A stretch of 64,000 nt of DNA. Source: Eledone cirrhosa (lineage: Eukaryota). Positions 13,550 to 29,600 of the stretch are shown in pieces (the first letter of the stretch is position 1; each line of letters begins with the position of its first letter). A program made the position numbers and the translations under genes. Location: assembly GCA_964016885.1 (NCBI GenBank), contig OZ024744.1, positions 21,762,001 through 21,826,000 of the forward strand, in the 5' to 3' direction. The notes under the pieces were generated by a model. The model was not told where the DNA came from. It did not search any database and saw only the letters and a program-made list of their open reading frames with translations.

Positions 13550-16500
13550 GGCACAACAGCTATGACATCTTCAGACAGAAGAGGTGACAGCCACAACAGC
13601 TATGACATCTTTAGGCAGTTAGAAGAGGTGACAGCCATGACAGCTATGAGATATTCAGACAGTTAGAAGAGGTAACAGGCACAACAGCTATGACATCTTC
13701 AAACAGTTAGAAGAGGTGACAGCCACAACAGCTATGACATCTTTAGACAGTTAGAAGAGGTGACAGGAACAACAGCTATGACATCTTCAAACAGTTAGAA
13801 GAGGTGACAGGCACAACAGCTATGACATCTTCAGACAGTTAGAAGAGGTGACAGGCACAACAGCTATGACATCTTCAGACAGTTAGAAGAGGTGACAGCA
13901 ACAACAGTTATGACATCTTCAGACAGTTAGAAGAGGTGACAGCCACAACAGCTGTGACGTCTTTAGACAGTTAGAAGAGGTGACAGTAACAACAGCTATG
14001 ACATCTTCAGAAGTTAGAAGAGGTAACAGGCACAGCAGCTATGACATCTTCAGACAGTTAGAAGAGGTGACAGCCACAACAGCTATGACATCTTCAGACA
14101 GAAGAGGTGAGAGCCACAGCAACTATGACATCTTCAGACAGTTAGAAGAGCTGACATGCACAACAGCTATGACATCTTTAGACAGTTAGAAGAGGTGACA
14201 GCCACAACAGCTATGACATATTCAGACAGTTAGAAGAGGTGACAGGCACAACAGCTATGACATCTTCAGACAGTTAGAAGAGGTGAGCGCAACAACAGCT
14301 ATGAGGTCTTCAGACAGAAGAGGTGACAGCCACAACAGCTATGACATCTTCAGAGACAAGAGGTGACAGTCACAACAGCTATGACATCTACAGACAGAAG
14401 AGGTGACAGCCACAACAGCTATGACATATTCAGACAGAAGAGGTGACAGGCACAACAGCTATGACATCTTCAGACAGTTAGAAGAGGTGACAACCACAAC
14501 AGCTATGACATATTCAGACAGTTAGAAGAGGTGACAGGCACAACAGCTATGACATCTTTAGACAGTTGGAAGAGGTGACAGCCACAACAGCTATGACATC
14601 TTCAGACAGTTAGAAGAGGTGACAGCCACAACAGCTATGACATCTTCAGACAGTTAGAAGAGGTGACAGGCACAACAGCTATGACGTCTTCAGGCAGTTA
14701 GAAGAGGTGACAGGCACAACAGCTATGTCATCTTCAGACAGTTAGAAGAGGTGACAGCAACAACAGCTATGACATCTTTAGACAGTTAGAAGCGGTGAGA
14801 GCCACAACAGCTATGACATATTCAGACAGTTAGAAGAGGTGACGGCAACAACAGCTATGAGATCTTCAGACTGAAGAGGTGACAGCCACAAGAGCTATGA
14901 CATCTTCAGACAAAAGAGGTGACAGGCACAACAGCTATGAGATCTTCAGACAGAAGAGGTGACAGCCACAACAGCTATGACATCTTCAGACAGAAGAGGT
15001 GACAGCCACCACAGCTATGAGATATTCAGACAGTTAGAAGAGGTGACAGGCACAACAGCTATGACATCTTCAGACAGTTAGAAGAGGTGACAGCCGCAAC
15101 AGCTATGACATCTTTAGACATTTAGAAGAGGTTACAGGAACAACAGCTATGACATCTTCAGAAAGAAGAGGTGACAGGCACAACAGCTATGACATCTACA
15201 GACAGAAGAGGTGACAGCCACAACAGCTATGTCATATTCAGACAGTTAGAAGAGGTGACAGCCACAACAGCTATGACATCTTCAGACAGTTATAAGATGT
15301 GACAGCCACAACAGCTATGACATATACAGACAGAAGAGGTGACAGGCACATCAGCTATGACATCTACAGACAGAAGAGGTGACAGCCACAACAGCTATGA
15401 CATCTTCAGACAATTAGAAGAGGTGACAGCAACAACAGCTATGACATCTTCAGACAGTTAGAAGAGGTGACAGCCACAACAGCTATGACGTCTTTAGACA
15501 GTTAGAAGAGGTGACAGTAACAACAGCTATGACATCTTCAGAAGTTAGAAGAGGTAACAGGCACAACAGCTATGACATCTTCAGACAGTTAGAAGAGGTG
15601 ACAGCAACAACAGCTATGACATCTTCAGACAGAAGAGGTGACAGCCACAACAACTATGACATCTTCAAACAGTTAGAAGAGCTGACAGGCACAACAGCTA
15701 TGACATCTTTAGACAGTTAGAAGAGGTGACAGCCACAACAGCTATGACATATTCAGACAGTTAGAAGAGGTAACAGCAACAACAGCTATGACATCTTCAG
15801 ACAGTTAGAAGAGGTGACAGCAACAACAGCTATGACATCTTCAGACAGTTAGAAGAGGTGACAGCCACAACAGCTATGACATCTTCAGACAGTTAGAAGA
15901 GGTGACAGCCACAACAGCTATGATATCTTCAGACAGTTAGAAGAGGTGACAGCAACAACAGCTATGACATCTTTAGACAGTTGGAAGAGGTGACAGCCAC
16001 AACAGCTATGACATCTTCAGACAGTTAGAAGAGGTGACAGGAACAACAGCTATGACGTCTTTAGACAGTTAGAAGAGGTGACAACAACAACAGCTATGTC
16101 ATCTTCAGACAGTTAGAAGAGGTGACAGCAACAACAGCTATGACATCTTTAGACAGTTAGAAGCGGTGACAGCCACAACCGCTATGACATATTCAGACAG
16201 TTAGAAGAGGTGACGGCAACCACAGCTATGAGATCTTCAGACTGAAGAGGTGGCAGCCACAACAGCTATGACATCTTTAGACAAAAGAGGTGACAGGCGC
16301 AACAGCTATGACATCTTCAGACAGTTAGAAGAGGTGACAGACACAACAGCTATGACATCTTCAGACAGTTAGAAGAGGTGACAGGCACAACAGCTATGAC
16401 ATCTTCAGACAGTTAGAAGAGGTGACAGGCACAACAGCTATGACATATTTAGACAGTTGGAAGAGGTGACAGCCACAACAGCTATGACATCTTCAGACAG

Positions 16501-19500
16501 TTAGAAGAGGTGACAGCCACAACAGTCATGACATCTCCAGACAGTTAGAAGAGGTGACAGCCACAACAGCTATGACATCTTCAGACAGAAGAGGTGACAG
16601 GCACAACAGCTATGACATCTCCAGACATTTAGAAGAGTTGACAGCCACAACAGCTATGACATCTTCAGACAGAAGAGGTGACAGGCACAACAGCTATGAC
16701 ATCTTCAGACAGTTAGAAGGGGTGACAGCCTCAACAGCTATGACATCTTTAGACAGTTAGAAGAGGTGACAGCCACCACAGATATGAGATATTCAGACAG
16801 TTAGAAGAGGTGACAGTAACAACAGCTATGACATCTTCAGACAGTTATAAGATGTGACAGCCACAACAGCTATGACATATTCAGACAGAAGAGGTGACAG
16901 GCACATCAGCTATGACATCTACAGACAGAAGAGATGACAGCCACAACAGCTATGACATCTTCAGACAATTAGAAGAGGTGACAGCAACAACATCTATGAC
17001 ATCTTCAGACAGTTAGAAGAGGTGACAGCCACAACAGCTATGACGTCTTTAGACAGTTAGAAGAGGTGACAGTAACAACAGCTATGACATCTTCAGAAGT
17101 TAGAAGAGGTAACAGGCACAACAGCTATGACATCTTCAGACAGTTAGAAGAGGTGACAGCAACAACAGCTATGACATCTTCAGACAGAAGAGGTGACAGC
17201 CACAACAACTATGACATCTTCAGACAGTTAGAAGAGCTGACAGGCACAACAGCTATGACATCTTTAGACAGTTAGAAGAGGTGACAGCCACCACAGCTAT
17301 GACATATTCAGACAGTTAGAAGAGGTAACAGCAACAACAGCTATGACATCTTCAGACAGTTAGAAGAGGTGACAGGCACAACAGCTATGACATCTTCAGA
17401 CAGAAGAGGTGACAGCCACAACAGCTATGTCATATTCAGACAGTTAGAAGAGGTGACAGCCACCACAGCTATGACATATTCGGACAGTTAGAAGAGGTAA
17501 CAGCAACAACAGCTATGACATCTTCAGACAGTTAGAAGAGGTGACAGGCACAACAGCTGTGACATCTTCAGACAGAAGAGGTGACAGCCACAACAGCTAT
17601 GTCATATTCAGACAGTTAGAAGAGGTGACAGCCACAACAGCTATGACATCTTCAGACAGTTAGAAGAGGTGACAGGCACAACAGCTATGACGTCTTCAGG
17701 CAGTTAGAAGAGGTGACAGGCACAACAGCTATGTCATCTTCAGACAGTTAGAAGAGGTGACAGCAACAACAGCTATGACATCTTTAGACAGTTAGAAGCG
17801 GTGAGAGCCACAACAGCTATGACATATTCAGACAGTTAGAAGAGGTGACGGCAACAACAGCTATGAGATCTTCAGACTGAAGAGGTGACAGCCACAAGAG
17901 CTATGACATCTTCAGACAAAAGAGGTGACAGGCACAACAGCTATGAGATCTTCAGACAGAAGAGGTGACAGCCACAACAGCTATGACATCTTCAGACAGA
18001 AGAGGTGACAGCCACAAAAGCTATGACATCTTCAGACAGTTAGAAGAGGTGACAGGCACAACAGCTATGACATCTTTAGACAGTTAGAAGAGGTGACAGC
18101 CACCACAGCTATGAGATATTCAGAGAGTTAGAAGAGGTGACAGGCACAACAGCTATGACATCTTCAGACAGTTAGAAGAGGTGACAGGCACAACAGCTAT
18201 GACATCTTCAGACAGTTAGAAGAGGTGACAGCCGCAACAGCTATGACATCTTTAGACATTTAGAAGAGGTTACAGGAACAACAGCTATGACATCTTCAGA
18301 AAGAAGAGGTGACAGGCACAACAGCTATGACATCTACAGACAGAAGAGGTGACAGCCACAACAGCTATGTCATATTCAGACAGTTAGAAGAGGTGACAGC
18401 CACAACAGCTATGACATCTTCAGACAGTTATAAGATGTGACAGCCACAACAGCTATGACATATACAGACAGAAGAGGTGACAGGCACATCAGCTATGACA
18501 TCTACAGACAGAAGAGGTGACAGCCACAACAGCTATGACATCTTCAGACAATTAGAAGAGGTGACAGCAACAACAGCTATGACATCTTCAGACAGTTAGA
18601 AGAGGTGACAGCCACAACAGCTATGACGTCTTTAGACAGTTAGAAGAGGTGACAGTAACAACAGCTATGACATCTTCAGAAGTTAGAAGAGGTAACAGGC
18701 ACAACAGCTATGACATCTTCAGACAGTTAGAAGAGGTGACAGCAACAACAGCTATGACATCTTCAGACAGAAGAGGTGACAGCCACAACAACTATGACAT
18801 CTTCAAACAGTTAGAAGAGCTGACAGGCACAACAGCTATGACATCTTTAGACAGTTAGAAGAGGTGACAGCCACAACAGCTATGACATATTCAGACAGTT
18901 AGAAGAGGTAACAGCAACAACAGCTATGACATCTTCAGACAGTTAGAAGAGGTAACAGCAACAACAGCTATGACATCTTTAGACAGTTGGAAGAGGTGAC
19001 AGCCACAACAGCTATGACATCTTCAGACAGTTAGAAGAGGTGACAGGAACAACAGCTATGACGTCTTTAGACAGTTAGAAGAGGTGACAACAACAACAGC
19101 TATGTCATCTTCAGACAGTTAGAAGAGGTGACAGCAACAACAGCTATGACATCTTTAGACAGTTAGAAGCGGTGACAGCCACAACCGCTATGACATATTC
19201 AGACAGTTAGAAGAGGTGACGGCAACCACAGCTATGAGATCTTCAGACTGAAGAGGTGGCAGCCACAACAGCTATGACATCTTTAGACAAAAGAGGTGAC
19301 AGGCGCAACAGCTATGACATCTTCAGACAGTTAGAAGAGGTGACAGACACAACAGCTATGACATCTTCAGACAGTTAGAAGAGGTGACAGGCACAACAGC
19401 TATGACATCTTCAGACAGTTAGAAGAGGTGACAGGCACAACAGCTATGACATATTTAGACAGTTGGAAGAGGTGACAGCCACAACAGCTATGACATCTTC

Positions 19501-22500
19501 AGACAGTTAGAAGAGGTGACAGCCACAACAGTCATGACATCTCCAGACAGTTAGAAGAGGTGACAGCCACAACAGTCATGACATCTCCAGACAGTTAGAA
19601 GAGGTGACAGCCACAACAGCTATGACATCTTCAGACAGTTAGAAGAGGTGACAGCCACAACAGCTATGACATCTTCAGACAGAAGAGGTGACAGGCACAA
19701 CAGCTATGACATCTCCAGACATTTAGAAGAGTTGACAGCCACAACAGCTATGACATCTTCAGACAGAAGAGGTGACAGGCACAACAGCTATGACTTTTTC
19801 AGACAGTTAGAAGGGGTGACAGCCTCAACAGCTATGACATCTTTAGACAGTTAGAAGAGGTGACAGCCACCACAGATATGACATCTTCAGACAGTTATAA
19901 TATGTGACAGCCACAACAGCTATGACATATTCAGACAGAAGAGGTGACAGGCACATCAGCTATGACATCTACAGACAGAAGGGTTGACAGCCACAACAGC
20001 TATGACATCTTCAGACAATTAGAAGAGGTGACAGCAACATCATCTATGACATCTTCAGACAGTTAGAAGAGGTGACAGCCACAACAGCTATGACGTCTTT
20101 AGACAGTTAGAAGAGGTGACAGTAACAACAGCTATGACATCTTCAGAAGTTAGAAGAGGTAACAGGCACAACAGCTATGACATCTTCAGACAGTTAGAAG
20201 AGGTGACAGCAACAACAGCTATGACATCTTCAGACAGAAGAGGTGACAGCCACAACAACTATGACATCTTCAGACAGTTAGAAGAGCTGACAGGCACAAC
20301 AGCTATGACATCTTCAGACAGAAGAGGTGACAGCCACAACAGCTATGTCATATTCAGACAGTTAGAAGAGGTGACAGCCACCACAGCTATGACATATTCA
20401 GACAGTTAGAAGAGGTAACAGCAACAACAGCTATGACATCTTCAGACAGTTAGAAGAGGTGACAGGCACAACAGCTATGACATCTTCAGACAGAAGAGGT
20501 GACAGCCACAACAGCTATGTCATATTCAGACAGTTAGAAGAGGTGACAGCCACAACAGCTATGACATCTTCAGACAGTTAGAAGAGGTGACAGGCACAAC
20601 AGCTATGACGTCTTCAGGCAGTTAGAAGAGGTGACAGGCACAACAGCTATGTCATCTTCAGACAGTTAGAAGAGGTGACAGCAACAACAGCTATGACATC
20701 TTTAGACAGTTAGAAGCGGTGAGAGCCACAACAGCTATGACATATTCAGACAGTTAGAAGAGGTGACGGCAACAACAGCTATGAGATCTTCAGACTAAAG
20801 AGGTGACAGCCACAAGAGCTATGACATCTTCAGACAAAAGAGGTGACAGGCACAACAGCTATGAGATCTTCAGACAGAAGAGGTGACAGCCACAACAGCT
20901 ATGACATCTTCAGACAGAAGAGGTGACAGCCACAAAAGCTATGACATCTTCAGACAGTTAGAAGAGGTGACAGGCACAACAGCTATGACATCTTTAGACA
21001 GTTAGAAGAGGTGACAGCCACCACAGCTATGAGATATTCAGACAGTTAGAAGAGGTGACAGGCACAACAGCTATGACATCTTCAGACAGTTAGAAGAGGT
21101 GACAGCCGCAACAGCTATGACATCTTTAGACATTTAGAAGAGGTTACAGGAACAACAGCTATGACATCTTCAGAAAGAAGAGGTGACAGGCACAACAGCT
21201 ATGACATCTACAGACAGAAGAGGTGACAGCCACAACAGCTATGTCATATTCAGACAGTTAGAAGAGGTGACAGCCACAACAGCTATGACATCTTCAGACA
21301 GTTATAAGATGTGACAGCCACAACAGCTATGACATATACAGACAGAAGAGGTGACAGGCACATCAGCTATGACATCTACAGACAGAAGAGGTGACAGCCA
21401 CAACAGCTATGACATCTTCAGACAATTAGAAGAGGTGACAGCAACAACAGCTATGACATCTTCAGACAGTTAGAAGAGGGGACAGCCACAACAGCTATGA
21501 CGTCTTTAGACAGTTAGAAGAGGTGACAGTAACAACAGCTATGACATCTTCAGAAGTTAGAAGAGGTAACAGGCACAACAGGTATGACATCTTCAGACAG
21601 TTAGAAGAGGTGACAGCAACAACAGCTATGACATCTTCAGACAGAAGAGGTGACAGCCACAACAACTATGACATCTTCAAACAGTTAGAAGAGCTGACAG
21701 GCACAACAGCTATGACATCTTTAGACAGTTAGAAGAGGTGACAGCCACAACAGCTATGACATATTCAGACAGTTAGAAGAGGTAACAGCAACAACAGCTA
21801 TGACATCTTCAGACAGTTAGAAGAGGTGACAGCAACAACAGCTATGACATCTTTAGACATTTAGAAGAGGTTACAGGAACAACAGCTATGACATCTTCAG
21901 AAAGAAGAGGTGACAGGCACAACAGCTATGACATCTACAGACAGAAGAGGTGACAGCCACAACAGCTATGTCATATTCAGACAGTTAGAAGAGGTGACAG
22001 CCACAACAGCTATGACATCTTCAGACAGTTATAAGATGTGACAGCCACAACAGCTATGACATATACAGACAGAAGAGGTGACAGGCACATCAGCTATGAC
22101 ATCTACAGACAGAAGAGGTGACAGCCACAACAGCTATGACATCTTCAGACAATTAGAAGAGGTGACAGCAACAACAGCTATGACATCTTCAGACAGTTAG
22201 AAGAGGTGACAGCCACAACAGCTATGACGTCTTTAGACAGTTAGAAGAGGTGACAGTAACAACAGCTATGACATCTTCAGAAGTTAGAAGAGGTAACAGG
22301 CACAACAGCTATGACATCTTCAGACAGTTAGAAGAGGTGACAGCAACAACAGCTATGACATCTTCAGACAGAAGAGGTGACAGCCACAACAACTATGACA
22401 TCTTCAAACAGTTAGAAGAGCTGACAGGCACAACAGCTATGACATCATTAGACAGTTAGAAGAGGTGACAGCCACAACAGCTATGACATATTCAGACAGT

Positions 22501-25500
22501 TAGAAGAGGTAACAGCAACAACAGCTATGACATCTTCAGACAGTTAGAAGAGGTGACAGGCACAACAGCTATGACATCTTCAGACAGAAGAGGTGACAGC
22601 CACAACAGCTATGACATCTTTAGGCAGTTAGAAGAGGTGACAGCCATGACAGCTATGACATCTTCAGACAGTTAGAAGAGGTAACAGGCACAACAGCTAT
22701 GACATCTTCAGACAGTTAGAAGAGGTGACAGCCACAACAGCTATGACATCTTTAGACAGTTAGAAGTGGTGACAGGAACAACAGCTATGATATCTTCAAA
22801 CAGTTAGAAGAGGTGACAGGCACAACAGCTATGACATCTTCAGACAGTTAGAAGAGGTGACAGGCACAACAGCTATGACATCTTCAGACAGTTAGAAGAG
22901 GTGACAGCAACAACAGTTATGACATCTTCAGACAGTTAGAAGAGGTGACAGCCACAACAGCTGTGACGTCTTTAGACAGTTAGAAGAGGTGACAGTAACA
23001 ACAGCTATGACATCTTCAGAAGTTAGAAGAGGTAACAGGCACAGCAGCTATGACATCTTCAGACAGTTAGAAGAGGTGACAGCCACAACAGCTATGACAT
23101 CTTCAGACAGAAGAGGTGAGAGCCACAACAACTATGACATCTTCAGACAGTTAGAAGAGCTGACATGCACAACAGCTATGACATCTTTAGACAGTTAGAA
23201 GAGGTGACAGCCACAACAGCTATGACATATTCAGACAGTTAGAAGAGGTGACAGGCACAACAGCTATGACATCTTCAGACAGTTAGAAGAGGTGAGCGCA
23301 ACAACAGCTATGAGGTCTTCAGACAGAAGAGGTGACAGCCACAACAGCTATGACATCTTCAGAGACAAGAGGTGACAGTCACAACAGCTATGACATCTAC
23401 AGACAGAAGAGGTGACAGCCACAACAGCTATGACATATTCAGACAGAAGAGGTGACAGGCACAACAGCTATGACATCTTCAGACAGTTAGAAGAGGTGAC
23501 AACCACAACAGCTATGACATATTCAGACAGTTAGAAGAGGTGACAGGCACAACAGCTATGACATCTTTAGACAGTTGGAAGAGGTGACAGCCACAACAGC
23601 TATGACATCTTCAGACAGTTAGAAGAGGTGACAGCCACAACAGCTATGACATCTTCAGACAGTTAGAAGAGGTGACAGGCACAACAGCTATGACGTCTTC
23701 AGACAGTTAGAAGAGGTGACAGGCACAACAGCTATGTCATCTTCAGACAGTTAGAAGAGGTGACAGCAACAACAGCTATGACATCTTTAGACAGTTAGAA
23801 GCGGTGAGAGCCACAACAGCTATGACATATTCAGACAGTTAGAAGAGGTGACGGCAACAACAGCTATGAGATCTTCAGACTGAAGAGGTGACAGCCACAA
23901 GAGCTATGACATCTTCAGACAAAAGAGGTGACAGGCACAACAGCTATGAGATCTTCAGACAGAAGAGGTGACAGCCACAACAGCTATGACATCTTCAGAC
24001 AGAAGAGGTGACAGCCACAAAAGCTATGACATCTTCAGACAGTTAGAAGAGGTGACAGGCACAACAGCTATGACATCTTTAGACAGTTAGAAGAGGTGAC
24101 AGCCACCACAGCTATGAGATATTCAGACAGTTAGAAGAGGTGACAGGCACAAAAGCTATGACATCTTCAGACAATTAGAAGAGGTGACAGCAACAACAGC
24201 TATGACATCTTCAGACAGTTAGAAGAGGTGACAGCCACAACAGCTATGACGTCTTTAGACAGTTAGAAGAGGTGACAGTAACAACAGCTATGACATCTTC
24301 AGAAGTTAGAAGAGGTAACAGGCACAACAGCTATGACATCTTCAGACAGTTAGAAGAGGTGACAGCAACAACAGCTATGACATCTTCAGACAGAAGAGGT
24401 GACAGCCACAACAACTATGACATCTTCAAACAGTTAGAAGAGCTGACAGGCACAACAGCTATGACATCTTTAGACAGTTAGAAGAGGTGACAGCCACAAC
24501 AGCTATGACATATTCAGACAGTTAGAAGAGGTAACAGCAACAACAGCTATGACATCTTCAGACAGTTAGAAGAGGTGACAGCAACAACAGCTATGACATC
24601 TTTAGACATTTAGAAGAGGTTACAGGAACAACAGCTATGACATCTTCAGAAAGAAGAGGTGACAGGCACAACAGCTATGACATCTACAGACAGAAGAGGT
24701 GACAGCCACAACATCTATGTCATATTCAGACAGTTAGAAGAGGTGACAGCCACAACAGCTATGACATCTTCAGACAGTTATAAGATGTGACAGCCACAAC
24801 AGCTATGACATATACAGACAGAAGAGGTGACAGGCACATCAGCTATGACATCTACAGACAGAAGAGGTGACAGCCACAACAGCTATGACATCTTCAGACA
24901 ATTAGAAGAGGTGACAGCAACAACAGCTATGACATCTTCAGACAGTTAGAAGAGGTGACAGCCACAACAGCTATGACGTCTTTAGACAGTTAGAAGAGGT
25001 GACAGTAACAACAGCTATGACATCTTCAGAAGTTAGAAGAGGTAACAGGCACAACAGCTATGACATCTTCAGACAGTTAGAAGAGGTGACAGCAACAACA
25101 GCTATGACATCTTCAGACAGAAGAGGTGACAGCCACAACAACTATGACATCTTCAAACAGTTAGAAGAGCTGACAGGCACAACAGCTATGACATCTTTAG
25201 ACAGTTAGAAGAGGTAACAGCAACAACAGCTATGACATCTTCAGACAGTTAGAAGAGGTGACAGGCACAACAGCTATGACATCTTCAGACAGAAGAGGTG
25301 ACAGCCACAACAGCTATGACATCTTTAGGCAGTTAGAAGAGGTGACAGGAACAACAGCTATGACGTCTTTAGACAGTTAGAAGAGGTGACAACAACAACA
25401 GCTATGTCATCTTCAGACAGTTAGAAGAGGTGACAGCAACAACAGCTATGACATCTTTAGACAGTTAGAAGCGGTGACAGCCACAACCGCTATGACATAT

Positions 25501-26600
25501 TCAGACAGTTAGAAGAGGTGACGGCAACCACAGCTATGAGATCTTCAGACTGAAGAGGTGGCAGCCACAACAGCTATGACATCTTTAGACAAAAGAGGTG
25601 ACAGGCGCAACAGCTATGACATCTTCAGACAGTTAGAAGAGGTGACAGACACAACAGCTATGACATCTTCAGACAGTTAGCAGAGGTGACAGGCACAACA
25701 GCTATGACATCTTCAGACAGTTAGAAGAGGTGACAGGCACAACAGTTATGACATATTTAGACAGTTGGAAGAGGTGACAGGCACAACAGCTATGACATCT
25801 TCAGACAGTTAGAAGAGGTGACAGCCACAACAGTCATGACATCTCCAGACAGTTAGAAGAGGTGACAGCCACAACAGCTATGACATCTTCAGACAGAAGA
25901 GGTGACAGGCACAACAGCTATGACATCTCCAGACATTTAGAAGAGTTGACAGCCACAACAGTTATGACATCTTCAGACAGAAGAGGTGACAGGCACAACA
26001 GCTATGACATCTTCAGACAGTTAGAAGGGGTGACAGCCTCAACAGCTATGACATCTTTAGACAGTTAGAAGAGGTGACAGCCACCACAGATATGAGATAT
26101 TCAGACAGTTAGAAGAGGTGACAGCCACAACAGCTATGACATCTTCAGACAGTTATAAGATGTGACAGCCACAACAGCTATGACATATTCAGACAGAAGA
26201 GGTGACAGGCACATCAGCTATGACATCTACAGACAGAAGAGATGACAGCCACAACAGCTATGACATCTTCAGACAATTAGAAGAGGTGACAGCAACAACA
26301 TCTATGACATCTTCAGACAGTTAGAAGAGGTGACAGCCACAACAGCTATGACGTCTTTAGACAGTTAGAAGAGGTGACAGTAACAACAGCTATGACATCT
26401 TCAGAAGTTAGAAGAGGTAACAGGCACAACAGCTATGACATCTTCAGACAGTTAGAAGAGGTGACAGCAACAACAGCTATGACATCTTCAGACAGAAGAG
26501 GTGACAGCCACAACAACTATGACATCTTCAGACAGTTAGAAGAGCTGACAGGCACAACAGCTATGACATCTTTAGACAGTTAGAAGAGGTGACAGGCACA
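13550..26600 (+). repeat. Domain of nested higher-order duplications (about 0.73 kb, 2.7-3.1 kb and 9.0-9.3 kb offsets)
   Basis: AGGTGAGCGCAAC at 14281/23290 and ORFs 13980/22989 (+9009). ORFs 16554/25862 and 17066/26374 (+9308). ORFs 15511/18649 (+3138), 16554/19648 (+3094), 17066/20116 (+3050). ORFs 21523/24272 and 22250/24999 (+2749). ORFs 21523/22250 and 24272/24999 (+727). Boundaries are approximate. Confidence 0.85.
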
Positions 26601-29600
26601 ACAGCTATGACATCTTCAGACTGTTAGAAGAGGTGACGGCAACAACAGCTATGAGATCTTCAGACAGAAGAGGTGACAGCCACAACAGCTATGACATCTT
26701 CAGAGAGAAGTGGTGACAGGCCCAACAGCTATGACATCTACAGACAGAAGAGGTGACAGACACAACAGCTATGACATATTCAGACAGTTATAAGATGTGA
26801 CAGCCACAACAGCTATGACATATTCAAACAGAAGAGGTGACAGCCACAACAGCTATGACATATTCAGACAGTTAGAAGAGGTAACAGCATCAACAGCTAT
26901 GACATCTTCAGACAGTTAGAAGAGGTGACAGGCACAACAGCTATGACATCTTTAGACAGTTGGAAGAGGTGACAGCCACAACAGCTATGACATCTTCAGA
27001 CAGTTAGAAGAGGTGACAGGAACAACAGTTATGACGTCTTTAGACAGTTAGAAGAGGTGACAGGCACAACAGCTATGTCATCTTCAGACAGTTAGAAGAG
27101 GTGACAGCAACAACAGCTATGACATATTCAGACAGTTAGAAGAGGTGACGGCAACCACAGCTATGAGATCTTCAGACTGAAGAGGTGACAGACACAACAG
27201 CTATGACATCTTCAGACAGTTAGAAGAGGTGACAGGCACAACAGCTATGACATCTTCAGACAGTTAGAAGAGGTAACAGCAACAACAGCTATGACATCTT
27301 CAGACAGTTAGAAGAGGTGACAGGCACAACAGCTATGACATCTTTAGACAGTTGGAAGAGGTGACAGCCACAACAGCTATGACATCTTCAGACAGTTAGA
27401 AGAGGTGACAGACACAACAGCTATGACATCTTCAGACAGTTAGAAGAGGTGACAGGAACAACAGCTATGACGTCTCACAGACAGTTAGAAGAGGTGACAG
27501 GCACAACAGCTATGTCATCTTCAGACAGTTAGAAGAGGTGACAGCAACAACAGCTATGACATCTTTAGACAGTTAGAAGCGGTGACAGCCACAACAGCTA
27601 TGACATCTTCAGACAGTTAGAAGTGGTGACGGCAACCACAGCTATGAGATCTTCAGACTGAAGAGGTGGCAGCCACAACAGCTATGACATCTTCAGACAA
27701 AAGAGGTGACAGGCACAACAGCTATGAGATCTTCAGACAGAAGAGGTGACAGCCACAACAGCTATGACATCTTCAGACAGAAGAGGTGACAGGCACAACA
27801 GCTATGACATATTCAGACAGTTAGAAGAGGTAACAGCAACAACAGCTATGGCATCTTCAGACAGTTAGAAGAGGTGACAGGCACAACAGCTATGACATCT
27901 TTAGACAGTTGGAAGAGGTGACAGCCACAACAGCTATGACATCTCCAGACAGTTAGAAGAGGTGACAGCCACAACAGCTATGACATCTTCAGACAGAAGA
28001 GGTGACAGGCACAACAGCTATGACATCTTCAGACAGTTAGAAGAGGTAACAGCAACAACAGCTATGACATCTTCAGACAGTTAGAAGAGGTGACAGGCAC
28101 AACAGCTGTGACATCTGTAGACAGTTGGAAGAGGTGACAGCCACAACAGCTATGACATCTTCAGACAGTTAGAAGAGGTGACAGCCACAACAGCTATGAC
28201 ATCTTCAGACAGTTAGAAGAGGTGACAGGAACAACAGCTATGACATCTTCAGACAGTTAGAAGAGGTGACAGCCGCAACAGCTATGACATCTTTAGACAG
28301 TTAGAAGAGGTTACAGGAACAACAGCTATGACATCTTCAGAAAGAAGAGGTGACAGGCACAACAGCTATGACATCTACAGACAGAAGAGGTGACAGCCAC
28401 AACAGCTATGGCATATTCAGACAGTTAGAAGAGGTGACAGCCACAACAGCTATGACATCTTCAGACAGTTATAAGATGTGACAGGCACATCAGCTATGAC
28501 ATCTACAGACAGAAGAGGTGACAGCCACAACAGCTATGACATCTTCAGACAATTAGAAGAGGTGACAGCAACAACATCTATGACATCTTCAGACAGTTAG
28601 AAGAGGTGACAGCCACAACAGCTATGACATCTTCAGAAGTTAGAAGAGGTAACAGGCACAACAGCTATGACATCTTCAGACAGTTAGAAGAGGTGACACC
28701 AACAACAGCTATGACATCTTCAGACAGAAGAGGTGACAGCCACAACAACTATGACATCTTCAGACAGTTAGAAGAGCTGACAGGCACAACAGCTATGACA
28801 TGTTTAGACAGTTACAAGAGGTGACAGCCACAACAGCTATGACATATTCAGACAGTTAGAAGAGGTGACGGCAACAACAGCTATGACATCTTCAGACAGT
28901 TAGAAGAGGTGACAGCAACAACAGCTATGAGATCTTCAGACAGAAGAGGTGACAGCCACAACAGCTATGACATCTTCAGAGAGAAGAGGTGACAGGCACA
29001 ACAGCTATGACATCTACAGACAGAAGAGGTGACAGCCACAACAGCTATGACATATTCAGACAGTTAGAAGAGGTGACAGCCACAACTGCTATGACATCTT
29101 CAGACAGTTATAAGATGTGACAGCCACAACAGCTATGACATATTCAGACAGAAGAGGTGACATGCACAACAGCTATGACATCTTCAGACAGTTAGAAGAG
29201 GTAACAGCAACAACAGCTATGACATCTTCAGACAGTTAGAAGAGGTGACAGGCACAACAGCTATGACATCTTCAGACAGTTAGAAGAGGTGACAGCCGCA
29301 ACAGCTATGACATCTTTAGACAGTTAGAAGAGGTTACAGGAACAACAGCTATGACATCTTCAGAAAGAAGAGGTGACAGGCACAACAGCTATGACATCTT
29401 CAGACAGAAGAGGTGACAGGCACAACAGCTATGACATCTTCAGACAGTTAGAAGAGGTAACAGCAACAACAGCTATGACATCTTCAGACAGTTAGAAGAG
29501 GTGACAGGCACAACAGCTGTGACATCTGTAGACAGTTGGAAGAGGTGACAGCCACAACAGCTATGACATCTTCAGACAGTTAGAAGAGGTGACAGCCACA

